From the human T2T-CHM13v2.0 reference genome, Homo sapiens: a stretch of DNA of 64,000 bases. Each line of letters starts with the position of its first letter. The stretch's first letter is position 1. The DNA lies in NCBI RefSeq assembly GCF_009914755.1, contig NC_060926.1; one strand, 5' to 3'. Below, piece after piece: positions 14,833 through 27,709 of the stretch. The notes under the pieces are model-generated. The model was given only the letters and a program-made list of their open reading frames with translations. It made no database searches and was not told the origin of the DNA. The position numbers and the translations under genes were made by a program.

Positions 14833-17212
14833 TGACATGGGTTGGCTCTGTGTCCCACACAAATCTCATGTCCTGTTCTAATTCCCAATGTTGGAGGAGG
14901 GACCTGGTGAGAGGTGATTGGATCACAGGGGTGAATTCCCCATGTATTCTCATGATAGTGAGTGAGTTCTCATGAGATGTGGTTGTTTAAAAGTGTGTAG
15001 CATTTCCCCCTTAGCTCTCTGTCTCCTTCTCTGCCATGGTAAAATTTGCTTGCTTCCCCTTCATTTTCTGCCATGATTGTAAGTTTCCTGAGGCTTCCCA
15101 GCCATGCTTTCTATACAGCCTTGAGAAACTGTGAGTGAAATAAATGTCTTTTCTTCATAAATTACCCAGTCTCAGGTAGTTCTTTATACCACTATGAGAA
15201 TGGACTAAGACAGAAAATTGGTACCAGAGAAGTGTGGCATTGATATAAAGATACCTGAAAATGTGGAAACAGTTTTGGAACTGCTAAAGGACAAAGGTTG
15301 GAACAATTTGGAGTGCTCAGTAGAAGACAGGAAGATGTAGAAAAGTTTGGAATTTCCTAGAGACTTGTTGAATGGTTGTGACCAAAATACTGGTGATATG
15401 GACAATAAAGTCCAGGCTGAGGTGGTCTCTGATGGAGTTTGGGAACTGGAGTAAAGGTTACTCTTGCTATGCTTTAGCAAAGAGACTGGCAGCATTGTGC
15501 CAATGCTCTAGAGATCTGTGGAACGTTGAACTTGAGAGTGATGATTTAAGGCATCGGGCGGAAGTAATTTCTAAGCACAAAGCATTCAATAGGTAGCCTA
15601 GGTGCTTCCAAATGCCTATGCTTATTTGCATAAACAAAGAAGTGACTTGAAATTAGAATTTGTATTTAAAAAGAAAGTAGAGGATAAAAGTTTGGAAAAC
15701 TTGCAGCTCTACCCTGTGATAAATAAGAAAAACCCATTTTTCTGGGGAGGAATTGAAGGCTGCAGAAATTTGCGTAAGTAAAACAGAGCCAAATGCCAAT
15801 AGCCAAGACAATGGAAAAAAATGCCTACAAGGCACTTCAAAGACCTTCCCGGTAGCCCTTCCCATTACAGGCCTGAAGGCCTAGGAGGGAAAAATGATTT
15901 CCTTGGACAGGCCTGGGGCCCCACTGCTCTGTGCAGCCTCAGGAAATGGAGCCCTGCATCCCAGCTGCTCCAGCTCCAGCCATGAGTAAAAGGGGCCAAG
16001 GTAAAGCTTGGGTCATTGCTTCAGAGGGTGCAAGCACCATGCCTAGGTGGCTTTCACATGTTGTTTGGCCTGCGGGTGTGCAGAAGACAAGAGTTGAGGT
16101 TTGGGAGCCTCTGCCTAGATTTCAGAGAAGGTATGAAAATGCCTGGACCTCCAGGCAGAAGTCTGTTGCAGGGGCAGAGCCCTCATGAAGAACCTCTACT
16201 AGGGTAGTGTGGAGGGAAAATGTGGGGTTGGAGCACTCACAAAAAGTCCTTACTGTGGCACTGCCCTCATAGGGTGGTGATAAGAGGGCCACTGTCCTCC
16301 AGACCCCAGAATGGTAGATCCACTAACAGTTTGTACCATGCACCTGGAAAAGCCACAGGCACTCAATGCCAGCCCTAGACAGCAGCTGAGGAGGCTCTAC
16401 GCTGCGGAGCTATTATACCAGAGCTGCTCAAGACCTTGGGGGCCCATCCCTTGCATCAGTCTGACCTGGATGTGAGACATAGAGTCAAAGGAGATTATTT
16501 CAGAGCTTTAAGATTTAATGAATTCCCTGCTGGGTTTTGGACTTTCAGGGGGCCTGTAGCCCTGTGTTTTGGCCAATTTCTCCTATTTGTCTGGGTGCAT
16601 TTACCCAGTGCCTTTACCCTCATCATATCATTGAAGTAACTAAATTGTTTTTGATTTTACATGCTGATAGGTGGAAGAAACTTGCTTTGTCTCAGATGAT
16701 ACTTGGGACTTGGATTTTTGAGCTAATGCTGGAATGAGTTAAGACTTTGGGGGATGGTTGGAAAGCCATGATTGTGTTTTGAAATGTGAGAAGGACATGA
16801 GATTTGGGAGGGGCCATAGGCTAAATGATATGGTTTGGCTCTGTCCTCCCACCCAAATCTCAGGTCAAATTGTAATTCCCACTGTTGAGAAAGGGACCTG
16901 AAGAGAGGTGATTGGACCATGGGGTGGGTTTTCCCCTTGTTGTTCTCATGATAGTGAGTGGGTTCTCATGACATCTGGTTGTTTAAAAGTGTGTTGCACT
17001 TCCCTCTTCTCTCTCTCTCTCCTGCTCTGCCATAGTAAGACATATTTGCTCCCCCTTTGCTGTCCACCATGATTGTAAGTTTCCTGAGGCCTCCCCAGCT
17101 ATGGTTTCTGTACAGCCTGAGGAACTGTGAGTCAATTAAACCTCTTTTTTTTTTTAATAAATTACCCAGTCCAAGGTGGTTTTTTACAGCAGTGTGAGAA
17201 TGGACTAATAAA
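14833..17212 (+). mobile_element. Complete MSTA MaLR element: LTR 14833-15212, internal 15213-16825, LTR 16826-17212
   Basis: Two related LTRs (tga(t/c)atgg..ctctg ... gagaatggactaa); internal starts gaaaattggtaccagaga; TSD AGGTG/AGGTC; flanks are decayed L1M. Confidence 0.92.
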
Positions 17213-17280
17213 AGGTCATACCTTAACATATAATTCAAGGATAATTAAAGTTCCAAAAATGAAAAGCAAAACTTTAAAAT

Positions 17281-17838
17281 TTTGTTTTTTAATTTTAATT
17301 TTTTTATGTTTATAGATTTAAGGGTTACAAGTCAAGTTTTGTTACATAGATATATCATGTAACAGTGATGTTTGGACTTTTAGTGTAGTCATCACCTGAA
17401 TGGTGTCCATTGTACCCATAAAGACATTTCCCGTCCCTTACCAACCTCCCACCCTTCTGAGTTCTCAGTTTTTATTATTCCACGCTCTATGTCAATGTGT
17501 ACATGTTATTTAGCTTCCATTTATAAGTGAGAACAAGTGGTATTTGACTTTCTTTTTCAGTTATTTCATTCGATGGGCTCCAGTTCCAATCAAGATGTTG
17601 CAAAAGATACAATTTTGTTCTCTTTTTATGGCTTATATATATATACACATACACACACATATACCACAATTTTTTAATCCAATTATCCATTGATTGTTAG
17701 GTTAATTTCATATATTTGATATTGTGAATAGTGCTGCAATAAACATACAAGTATGGATATCTTTTTGATATAATAATTTATTTTCCTTTGCATAGATACT
17801 AAGTAGTCTGATTGCTGGCTCAATGGTTCTAATTTTAG
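17281..17838 (-). mobile_element. L1PB/L1MA-age L1 3' end
   Basis: T-rich tail, then L1 3' UTR antisense motifs (ttataagtgagaaca, attgtgaatagtgctgcaataaacat). Confidence 0.85.
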
Positions 17839-18359
17839 TAAGAGAAAATATAAAAAAACTTTTCTTGTACCTAGTTCAAAATAATAAATCACAAATTATT
17901 TTACAATTGGAATACTAGCATAAGTTAGTTGCACACAAGCTCCTCTTAACAAATCAATATTCAAACTATATAAAGCAGCTTCCAAAATTAATGAAAAGAA
18001 TATGAATTTTTAAATACTCTGAAGATATATGAGATAAATTAATCACAAAATAGGAATCCTGAATGGCCAAGAAACAAATGCAATGCTGTTCAACCTCACG
18101 GTACTAAGAAAGGCAAATAAAAAATTCAGGTGGTTATAATTTTACAACTATTTGTTTTGGCACCATGAAGAAGTCTGAACATAGTAAATAATCACACAGG
18201 TAAAAAAAAATCACCAAATAATATTGTTTTTTAGAAAGTAATTTTGTGTAGCCACTTTTGAAGATAATTTTCCAATATGTTGTACACACAATTATGTGCA
18301 TAAATTACCAGTCAATAATTCTACTTGTGAACATTTAATTAATTACTTAGTTAATGAAT

Positions 18360-19600
18360 AATTAAATACATATTTATGAAGTTTTTATTAAGTGTTGAAC
18401 ATTTCTTTTTGTGCTAGGGCTATAGTTGTTAATAAGATGGAAACATTTTCTATGCACAGGAAATGTGCATTCTTGTGGGAGAAGACAAAAATAGAAATAA
18501 ATATGTAAACATACATTATAAAAGTGCTGCAAATAAACATTAAAACAAAATAAAGGAAACACAGCATGGAAGCTGTGCTATTTTAAATTAGATTGTTTCG
18601 GAATGGATTCACCAAGAAAGTGACAATGAGTTGATATTGAAATGGGATGAATGAGAAACAAGTTTAAGATCCAGAAGCATCATTTAGTTAGATAAGGAAT
18701 CATAGTGTGGTTATAGCAATGTTGAGGGAAGTTAAGAGTGTTAAGGAGATAAAATCACTGAAACATCCCAGAACATGTGAAGACTGTTAGGCCACAATGG
18801 ATCATTTGCTTTTTATTCTAAGTGTGATGAGAAAGTTTATTAGAGAGTTATTTTCTGCAGGGCAGTGCTACAGTTTTGAAAACTCACTGTGGTTATTTTC
18901 TAGATAATTTGCTATAGAGTCTTGAAAAAGTCGAAGGAATACCATTTAGAAAACTCCTCCATTTTATTTAGGTAGGATGTATATACCCAAAATATACCTG
19001 AAAGTGTGGAAGCCACTTTTGATTGGATGATAGCTGTGAGCTCCAAGACTCTAGGCATAGAAAGAGAGTTGCCAATATATTTTGAAGGAAGTTTCTGCAA
19101 GACGTGCTCAATGTTTAAAAATAGTATTTGAAAGAAATAGGTTCCATACTGCTAGGAGGCTGCTCCACTTCCAGCTTTTTAGCTTCAGTGGCTAGATATG
19201 AGATAGTGTCATTTCCTAAGAGACAAAGGACTATGGAAGAGTAGGTTTGGAACAGTGTGGCAATTAAAATCCTCTTTCACAATTAAATTTGTGGTATCTA
19301 TTAGATTTGCAAGTGATGATGCCAAGTAAGCAGTTGAAAGTTCAGGGCAGAAGAAAAATGTTGGAAAATTATGAGCATATGAATGATATTTTATTTAGTA
19401 TTGCATGTTCATATTTAGGGAGTCGTTAGAGACAAAGGATCGTATTCAGGGAGTGGTTAGAGACAAAGAACAAAGGTGCAGTAACAGTCCTGAGACACTC
19501 AACTGTTTATATTTCTTGAAGAAGAAGTATCCTCAGCAAAGGAGACTGAGAAGGACCAGCCTATGCAAGGGGGATAAACTGAATGTATTCAGGAGTATTG
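18360..19600 (-). mobile_element. Decayed L2 fragments
   Basis: L2 3' motifs (tttattaagtg..gtgctagggctatag; ttttattctaagtgtgatgagaa; cagcaaaggagactgagaagga); boundaries approximate. Confidence 0.6.
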
Positions 19601-20290
19601 TATAAGCACAAGAATGCTTCTCTAAGGATGTCCACTGTTATGTTGCCTTTTGTTCCAACCAAAACACACAACCAAAATTCATTAGGGAAAGAATGGAAAA
19701 AAATAAAATACAAAATTCTCATTTAAACTTATTAGGTTTAGCTGCTAAATGAATGTACTAATATGAATGATGTTGAAAACAATGTTGAGTATTAGGCTTA
19801 ACAATCTATGTAGATAATTATATAATATATAGAAAATATTCTCCCAGAAATTATTACTGTGTTTCTATGGCTTCATATATTTTATAAAGTACAAACAGCA
19901 AGAAAATACAACTTTAAGGTAGTGGCTACCATTTTGAAAGGAGTCAGTGGAATTAGATGACAATACAGGACTTTAGGATATTAGTGATATTATCACTTTT
20001 TAAAATATGAATCAAACCTGGAAAATATTATTTGTTGAATTTTTCAGTTAGTTGCCCAAATATTTTTATTTTATTTTCTATGCTTTTTGTATATTTAATT
20101 TTTTATAAATAGAAAAAGAATTATTTGTAAAAAAAATCATGAATGGATAAATTATGATATTAAACATTAAACAGTAAAGATAAAAATTAGCTAATCATAA
20201 TAATATATCTATATCATTAAAATACTTTTCCTTGAACAAATAAATGAAAATATACAAAAGAACTCTGAACAAAGAAATACTATGGGACGA

Positions 20291-21736
20291 TGCTATGGCT
20301 CGAATATGGTATCTTTGTCCCCATCAAAACTCAGGTTGAAATGTGATCCTCACTGTAACACTTGTGAGAGGTGGGTCCTGATGGGAGGTGTTTGGGTCAT
20401 GAAGACTCCATCTTTGTGGGTGGCTTGTTACAAATTGCATGGTAGTGAATGAGTTTTCATTTTGCAGAGACTGCATTAGTTCTTGTGGGAATGAGTTAGT
20501 TCCTGTAAGAGTGGATTGTTATGAAGTCAGGAGCCAGCACCCTTCTTAGGTTTTGCTTGTTCACGTGTGCCAACTTCCCCTTTCACCTTCTCCACCGTGT
20601 TATGGCGCAGCATGAAAGCCCTTTCCAGAAGCCAAGGCCATGCCATTGAGCTTCCTAGACTGCAGAAGCATGAGCTAAATAAATCTCATTTTAAAATAAA
20701 TGACCCCAACTCAGGTATTCTGTCCTAGCAACACAAAATGGATTACAACAAAAATTGCTACCAAGCGCTGAGGTGTTGCTCTAAATATACCTGAAAATGT
20801 GGAAGCCGCTTTAGAATTGGATGATGGGTAGAGGTTAAAGAGTTTGGAGGAGCAGGCTAGAAAAAGACTGTACTGTCAAAAATGGAGCATAAGGGTGATT
20901 CTGATGAAAGCTCAGGAAAAAGAACAAGGGAAAGTTTGGAACTTCTGGTTTAATTATTGTGACCAGAATGCTAATAGAAAAGTGGACAGTAAAGGCCACT
21001 CTGATGAGGTCACAAATGAAAATGAGAAACAAGGTATTGGGAACTAGAGAACAGGCCATGCTTGTTACACTGTAACAAAGAATTTGGCTGCATTATGTCC
21101 ATGTACTAGCACTTTGTGAATTTTTGGCAGGAAAATTTCTAAGTAGCAAAGCGTTCATAAAGCAGTACGGTTATGTTTAACAGCATACGTTCAGTTGACA
21201 GCAAAGGAATGATCTAAAGGTGGAATTTATAATTAAAAAGGAAGCAGAGAGAAAACATTTAGAAAATTAGCAGCTTGGCTGTGTGGCAGAGAATGAAAGA
21301 CCATTTTCAGGAGAGGAATTCGAGTGGGCTGGCGGAGGACCCATGGGCCTTGATAAAGAGATTAGCATAGGTAAAATGGAGCCAGGTGCTAAGAATCAGA
21401 ACCATGGGGAAAAAAGCCTCAAAGGCATCTCAAAGATCTTTCAGGTGGCCCTTCCCACCCCAGGCCCAGAGACCTAGGAGGACAGAATATTTTCCAGGGA
21501 CAGGCCTGCAGTGCCACTGACCTGTACACGCTGGGACACTGCCTGTTTGCATATGTCCAATTGCCCTTTCACCCTCTTTTCCACATTATGATGCAACACA
21601 AACACCCTTGTCAGAAGCCAGGACAATCCCCTTGAACTTCTCAGCCTGCATCACTGGGATATAAATAAACCTCTTTCTTTTATAAATTGTCCAGCCTAGG
21701 TTTTTCTGTTATAGCAACACAAAATGGACAAAGATA
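20291..21736 (+). mobile_element. MSTB2-like MaLR: LTR 20291-20750, partial internal 20751-~21540, 3' half of second LTR ~21541-21736
   Basis: LTR start tgctatgg..gtccccatcaaaactca; internal atacctgaaaatgtggaag; 21541-21736 aligns to 20555-20750. Confidence 0.85.
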
Positions 21737-22759
21737 GGGGATTTACACTGTGTGACTATTAATTGAATTCAAAAACCTAAGATTATACTATGAAAAAATG
21801 GGGGGGTGCAGTAATATATCTATAAATGTCTTACAGGGATTTTAAGTGATATTGTTTGGGGCTTAATATTTCTTGAGGGGAAATTTAAATATGCAAATAT
21901 ATCAAAATTATTGAAAACATTTTGAGTTTTATATCCTACTAGGTTTTCTACTTTTTATTATCTAAGGATATAATCTAATATGCCCCAATGTAGACAATTG
22001 TTACAGCATTTTGTAGTAATTAAAATTTGGTTGCAAATTACACATTTAATAATAGATGTTTAGTTAAATAAATCCAGACACATACATATTAGGGAACACT
22101 ATGTAACCCAAGAAAAAAACTAACATGTTGTGGAAATTCAACGTGTCAGAAATGTACTAATCAATATTAATTTATAATAAGTTAATTAACATTAATAAAA
22201 AATAATAATATTAAATGAAAATGAGGAGAAAAGTGAGCCAAAGTAAGAGAAAATAGAATAAAGGCTGGTTATTTTAAGAACATAAATAAATATAATGGTA
22301 GAAACAACATGTTAATAATAGTTAATGCATCAGTGGATTAATAAGCAATTTTAATTTTTATTCTTTGAGATTTCCTATATTTTTAAACTTTATGAAGTAG
22401 GTATTTTTTATCAGTATGAGGGTGAGAAAATAATTATCATTTGAAACAAAGCAAAATAAAGTACTACTAAAGATGTATTTGTCAATATATAAAATAGGTA
22501 TCCAGTATTAATAACAAGCCAAAATAACATAGTGAAAAAAATAATAACTTGATACAGAAGATACACATGACATATTATTTGCCCAAAGAATACTAAACCA
22601 GCAAAAAAACCTTTAGGGACATATGCCTCATTTTGTTAGCATTTGGCACAATATTTAAAAATCAAAAGGAGAATAAATGGTGACAGTGAGAATTAAAGTA
22701 AAATCATTCATTTTACTCTAATGTGTAAAGTCATGTAAATCTTTATACCCTATTGAATA

Positions 22760-23050
22760 GGACCTTCCGGAAGAAATATAATGTAAGTCTACAATGCAAG
22801 GCACATATTTAATTTTTAATTTTCTAGTGGACCCATTTTTAAAAGTAAAAAGATGAAATTACTTGAGGCTATATTTAATTAACCAATTATTTCCAAAATG
22901 TTTTACTATCTAATTAATATCAAATTACTAAAGAGATATTTTACATTCTTTTGTCTATTCCAAGACTTTGAAATCTGGTGTGTATAATTTACCTTAAAAC
23001 ACATCTCAATTCAAACTAGACACGTGCCTAAGACACCATGAATTGGAAGA
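22760..23050 (+). mobile_element. MER33 hAT-Charlie DNA transposon relic
   Basis: agaaatataatgtaag..aattttctagt..gagatattttacattc..gaaatctggtgtgtat..cacatctcaattc matches MER33. Confidence 0.8.
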
Positions 23051-23093
23051 CATATTATTTTCTTCTTTATTTATTTTTCTAAAAATTATAGGG

Positions 23094-23390
23094 TTTTTTG
23101 TTTTTGTTTTTGTTTGAGAAAGGGTCTCACCCTTTTACCCATACTAGAGTACAGTGACAGGATAATATGGTTCACTGCAGCCTTGACCTCCCTGGGTTCA
23201 GGTGGTCTTCCTGCCTCAGCCTCCCAAACAACTGGGACTACAGACACGTGTCACCTGTCTGGCTAATTTTTGTAGAGGCCAGGTTCCACCATGTTGCTCA
23301 GGCTGGTCTCAAACTCCTGGACTCAAGCAATCCTTCCGCCTCAGCCTCCAAAAGTGCTGAGATGGCAAGTGTGAGCCACCACACCCAGCC
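23094..23390 (-). mobile_element. AluJ
   Basis: J diagnostics cactgcagccttgacctcc, ctcctggactcaagcaatcct, agggtctcac. Confidence 0.9.
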
Positions 23391-25830
23391 GACCATTATC
23401 ATGTACACTAGTAAGAAAGAAGAAAATGATGACAATCAAACTATGATGAAATACTAAAAAACACTGACTGTACTATCTCAATGTGACAGATGTTAATACT
23501 AGAAAAAATATGTATTAGAGGCAATAAGTTCCAGAACTATTTTATCTACAGTCTTCCACTTGCTGTTGATAGAACCTATTTTACATCAGCTTAACCAATA
23601 AAGAGAAATGTTGCTGATCACTTGAACAGAATGTTGAGAAACACTTCAGCTTTAGGCACTGCTGAAATGATGGCTTCTAATGACATTATCAAGACTCAGC
23701 CTCCCTTATTCTTAGATTCTACTTGATAAGCAAGATGGCTGATGTCATTTCATCTCATGTGGTGCCAGTTTACAGACTTGATTAGAGAGAGAATCTTTTC
23801 TAATAGTTGTAAGAGAAAAATCCCAGAGTTATTCTGATTGGAGTTTAATAGTGTCCCTATCTATTAGTCATTCATTCACTGTAGCCAAGATTTGAAGTTC
23901 TCTGATAAGCCAAATCTGTCTATTGCTCCTCCCTGTGATGGGAGTAAAAGGCAGAATCAGCCCTTTCCAGAGATGATGTCTCCAAAGGTAAGAGTCTGAG
24001 CAAACAAAATAGCAGATATGCACTAAGAGGAAGGCACACACAAAGAAAATCTCAGTAATTTTAAACTCATATTCTTTGCCCATATTATTTTTGAAAAAGC
24101 AAAAAGAGATAGTGAGGAGAAATAAAATTTTTCTCTTATACACTTCCCCAACTATTAAAAGCATCAACTTTGTATATGTAGACTCTTCAGTAATAATGCC
24201 TCACATTCTTTATCAACCTCAGTTCTTAAACAGTAACTTAGGACTACATTGAGTGTCTCCTAGGAATTTATAAACAAATATTTAATTGACCAGCAACAAT
24301 ATGAAAGTCACTCTTTTGTTTCTGCAGAGATTAAAAAAAAATGTGCACCTCATAACCCAAGCCCTTAGTGAGCTTCCATATTGTGGGGAAAAACAGATAT
24401 GGAAATATGGAAATTTAACTAGTACTATAATACAGACACATATTAAACAAAGAAATAAACCATAAAATCAAACATGATTCTTGCTAAACACGTGATTTCC
24501 AGACTCAGTGGGGACTCCGCTAACCCCACCAGCTAGCCAAATATCATCCTTCAGCCAAACATGTTCCTAAGTCCACAATGGGGTGACTTTCTGCTGAGCA
24601 AAGTGCTGCACGTTCTAACTCTTCCTCCAGCCAAGAACTGGCACAACAGAGGACAGTCCCAGTCAGCTGGGCATTGGTGCTAAAGTGTGAAGGATTTGAG
24701 AAAATGTGAAATCGGCTGTTAAACCATGTTTTTCTCCTTTCGATATTAAAGAAAGTTAGTAGAAAACCCCTTTTTCAGAAAAACACGTTTAGTACTGAAA
24801 TTAGTTTCATTGAGCAACCTAGGAGTAAACATTTTTATTTTCTAAAGGGTGAAGACTTGAGTTTATGTCAATTCTATTTGAGATATTATCTTTCTTACTA
24901 AATATGTTTTTTGCATTCATTCACTTTGCATTCCATCATTCATAAGATCATACATTCAACGTGGGCTTATTGGTCTCTATTACTTCTCATCAATGTGGTA
25001 CAGGGCCTAAATAGAGAGAAAACAAATTTCGCCTCCTCCTTCTTGAAATTTACATGCATTAATACAGACAAGTACGTCAAGAACTAAATGTAATTAAACA
25101 ACTTTTTTATAAAGTATAATAAATAGGCATAAATTATGGGGGACATTGAGGAACCATGGAGAGAAGGATCTTCTCACAGCTAAAGCAATTGAGAAAGGCT
25201 TTAACTAGCTGATAATATTTGGTTTTTACAAACCAAACTTTTGGAATAAAGGTAACTGTGTCACTGACTCCTAGCCAGTGGGAACCCCATCAGAAAGGGT
25301 CTAGAAACTTAGTACCTCCTGTTGCATTGGTAGAATGGGGAGTCATTCAGAGAAGCTGGAATTCTGTATGTATTTCACTGACTCCAGGGCTTTTTACTGT
25401 GCTCTCGTAATTGAGCAAATTCTAGTGAATATGCTGTGCACCTTGGTCAGTTTTTTTTTCTTTCTTCATTTGCATAGGTCTGCTTTGGGAAATATCATAT
25501 AATTCAAGCCAATCTTTGTTTTCTATATGTGTAAAGAACCAGAAAGCCTAGTTGCATGGGGCACTCAGGGAAGCTGTCGTCTCTGTTATGAAATGGTTTG
25601 TGGCTATTTATTCTATGAGCACCGCAGAGGTCTACTTCAGGCTAATTATTCCAGTGGATTGACACCTCAAATTATAGACTTCATCATTCATATAAGTGAT
25701 CAGGTAAGCCCATGGGTACAAATAGGATTTTACTGTGACTTTCAGCACCTTTTTCCCAAAGTATACCAAGCCACCCACACATATGGCATGGAGAAACATT
25801 AATGAGTATTCTGATTCAATATTTTTATCT

Positions 25831-27067
25831 TGTGTGTATTATAAAGTTCTGACATCGTAAAAACCTTTCTGGCTGGGGAGACACTATCCCTACTTGGGTT
25901 ACAGAGTAGCCAATTCTTAGAGACAGCAAGAGGCTCATTTGGGGTATACCTTTATTATTATTATTATTATTATTATTATTTTTTAATTATTATACTTTAA
26001 GTTCTAGGCTACATGTGCACAATGTGCAGGTTTGTTACATATGTATACATGTGCTGTGTTGGTTTGCTGCACCCATTAACTAGTCATTTACATTAGGTAT
26101 ATCTCCTAATGCTATCCCTCCCCACTTCCCCCTCCCCCAACCCCACAACAGGCCCCAACATGTGATGTTCCCCTTCCTATGTCCAGATGTTCTCATTGTT
26201 CAATTCCCACCTATGAGTGAGAACATGTGGTGTTTGGTTTTTTGTCCTTGCGATAGTTTGCTGAGAGTGATGGTTTCCAGCTTCATCCATGTCCCTACAA
26301 AGGACATGAACTCATCCTTTTTTATGGCTGCATAGTATTCCATGGTGTATATCTGCCACATTTTCTTAATCCAGTCTATCATTGATGGGCATTTGGGTTG
26401 GTTCCAAGTCTTTGCTATTGTGAATAGTGCTGCAATAAACATACATGTGCATGTGTCTTTATAGCAGCATGATTTATAATCCTATGGGCATATACCCAGT
26501 AATGGGATGGCTGGGTCAAATGGTATTTCTAGTTCTAGATCCTTGAGGAATCGCCACACTGTCTTCCACAATGGTTGAACCAGCTTACAGTCCCACCAAC
26601 ATTGTAAAAGTGTCCCTATTTCTCCACATCCTCTCCAGCACCTGTTGTTTCCTGACTTTTTAATGATCGCCATTCTAACTGGTGTGAGATGGTATCTCAT
26701 TGTGGTTTTCATTTGCATTTCTCTGACTGGCAGTGATGATGAGCATTTTTTCATGTGTCTGTTGGCTGCATAAATGTCTTCTTTTGAGAAGTGTCTGTTC
26801 ATATCCTTTGCCGACTTTTTGATGGGGTTGTTTGATTTTTTTTCTTGTAAATTTCTGCCCTGTCTTGCCTTTCCTGCAGAAATTCCAATGAGGACTGTGG
26901 CCTGGGATCTCCTCTTGCTCCTTCTCTTTCTGCCTCTTGACCAATGCAGGTGCTTTCCCAGTGGTTCTGCCTGATGTGCCATGCTCTTGTTTCTAAGACT
27001 CTCTGAACCTTTCTGAGTCTTCTCTTGTGGTTGCATCTGACTGACCATCACATAAAAGAACAAAGAA
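25831..27067 (+). mobile_element. MER73/MER74-like ERVL LTR in two pieces (25831-25950, 26853-27067) split by L1
   Basis: gccaattcttagagacagcaa on the left; ttgcctttcc..ctgcctcttgacc..ctgactgaccatcacataaaagaa on the right; family assignment from memory. Confidence 0.6.
25951..26852 (-). mobile_element. 5'-truncated L1PA (about PA3-PA5), 3' ~0.9 kb
   Basis: (TTA)n tail, ttattatactttaagttctagg 3' end; ORF2 C-terminus [13 protein letters not shown]-like region and MFIAALFTIAKTWNQPKCP. Confidence 0.95.
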
Positions 27068-27395
27068 TGGTGAGTGTCTTTTCTCAGGAGAGGAATTAAC
27101 TAATATACTGAATGCTTTATAGTATACAAAGCAACTCTCAATATACAAATTTATTTAATTTTTATAAAAATGCACTAGGTGGAAATAAAATACTCGAAGT
27201 CAGAAGTCCTGAATGTACTTTGCTTAATTGTGTGAACTCAGGAAATTCTTAACATTTTCTTCATGTTTTACTTAGAATAGGAGCCTTTTCCAGTGTCTCA
27301 AGTCTGCTTAGAGAATGACATGAAGCTATACACTTTAAAATGATGCATAAAGTGTTAGTCCTTATGAAAGTTCCATTGAGATAGGTGGTCAAAGT

Positions 27396-27690
27396 TGTAG
27401 TGCTCCCAATATTTGTTCCCATTTCCCACTTTGTGGTGTGGAATACTGTATTTCCAAAGCCCTTGCATTTATGGCAGGGTCATGTGACTAGTTCTGGCCA
27501 ATGACACGTGCACAGGAGCGACATCACCACTACTTGGATCTAGTAATGACAAAGCTTTGGTTAACTCTTGAGTTTTTCCTTTGTTCCTACCAGAAACAGG
27601 AAGATGGGATATTCTAAATAGTGTAGCTATCGCACCGTGGACTTACGTCCGACTCTCTGAGAGACTATTTGCAAAACAGTCTTCTCTGTT
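27396..27690 (+). mobile_element. Old MLT1 (H/I/J-type) LTR fragment
   Basis: gggtcatgtgactagttctggccaatga is a conserved old-MLT1 motif. Confidence 0.6.
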
Positions 27691-27709
27691 TCAAACTAGA
27701 GTATCTCTC

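Noticed and set aside
15200-16920. Dense ORF clusters in MaLR internal regions (also 62547-63862)
   Set aside because: Fragments of decayed MaLR internal sequence, broken by stops and frameshifts.
26482-27063. Longest ORF (193 aa), an apparent novel fusion protein
   Set aside because: Chance read-through from antisense LTR sequence into the truncated L1 ORF2 C-terminus; no promoter or selection evidence.
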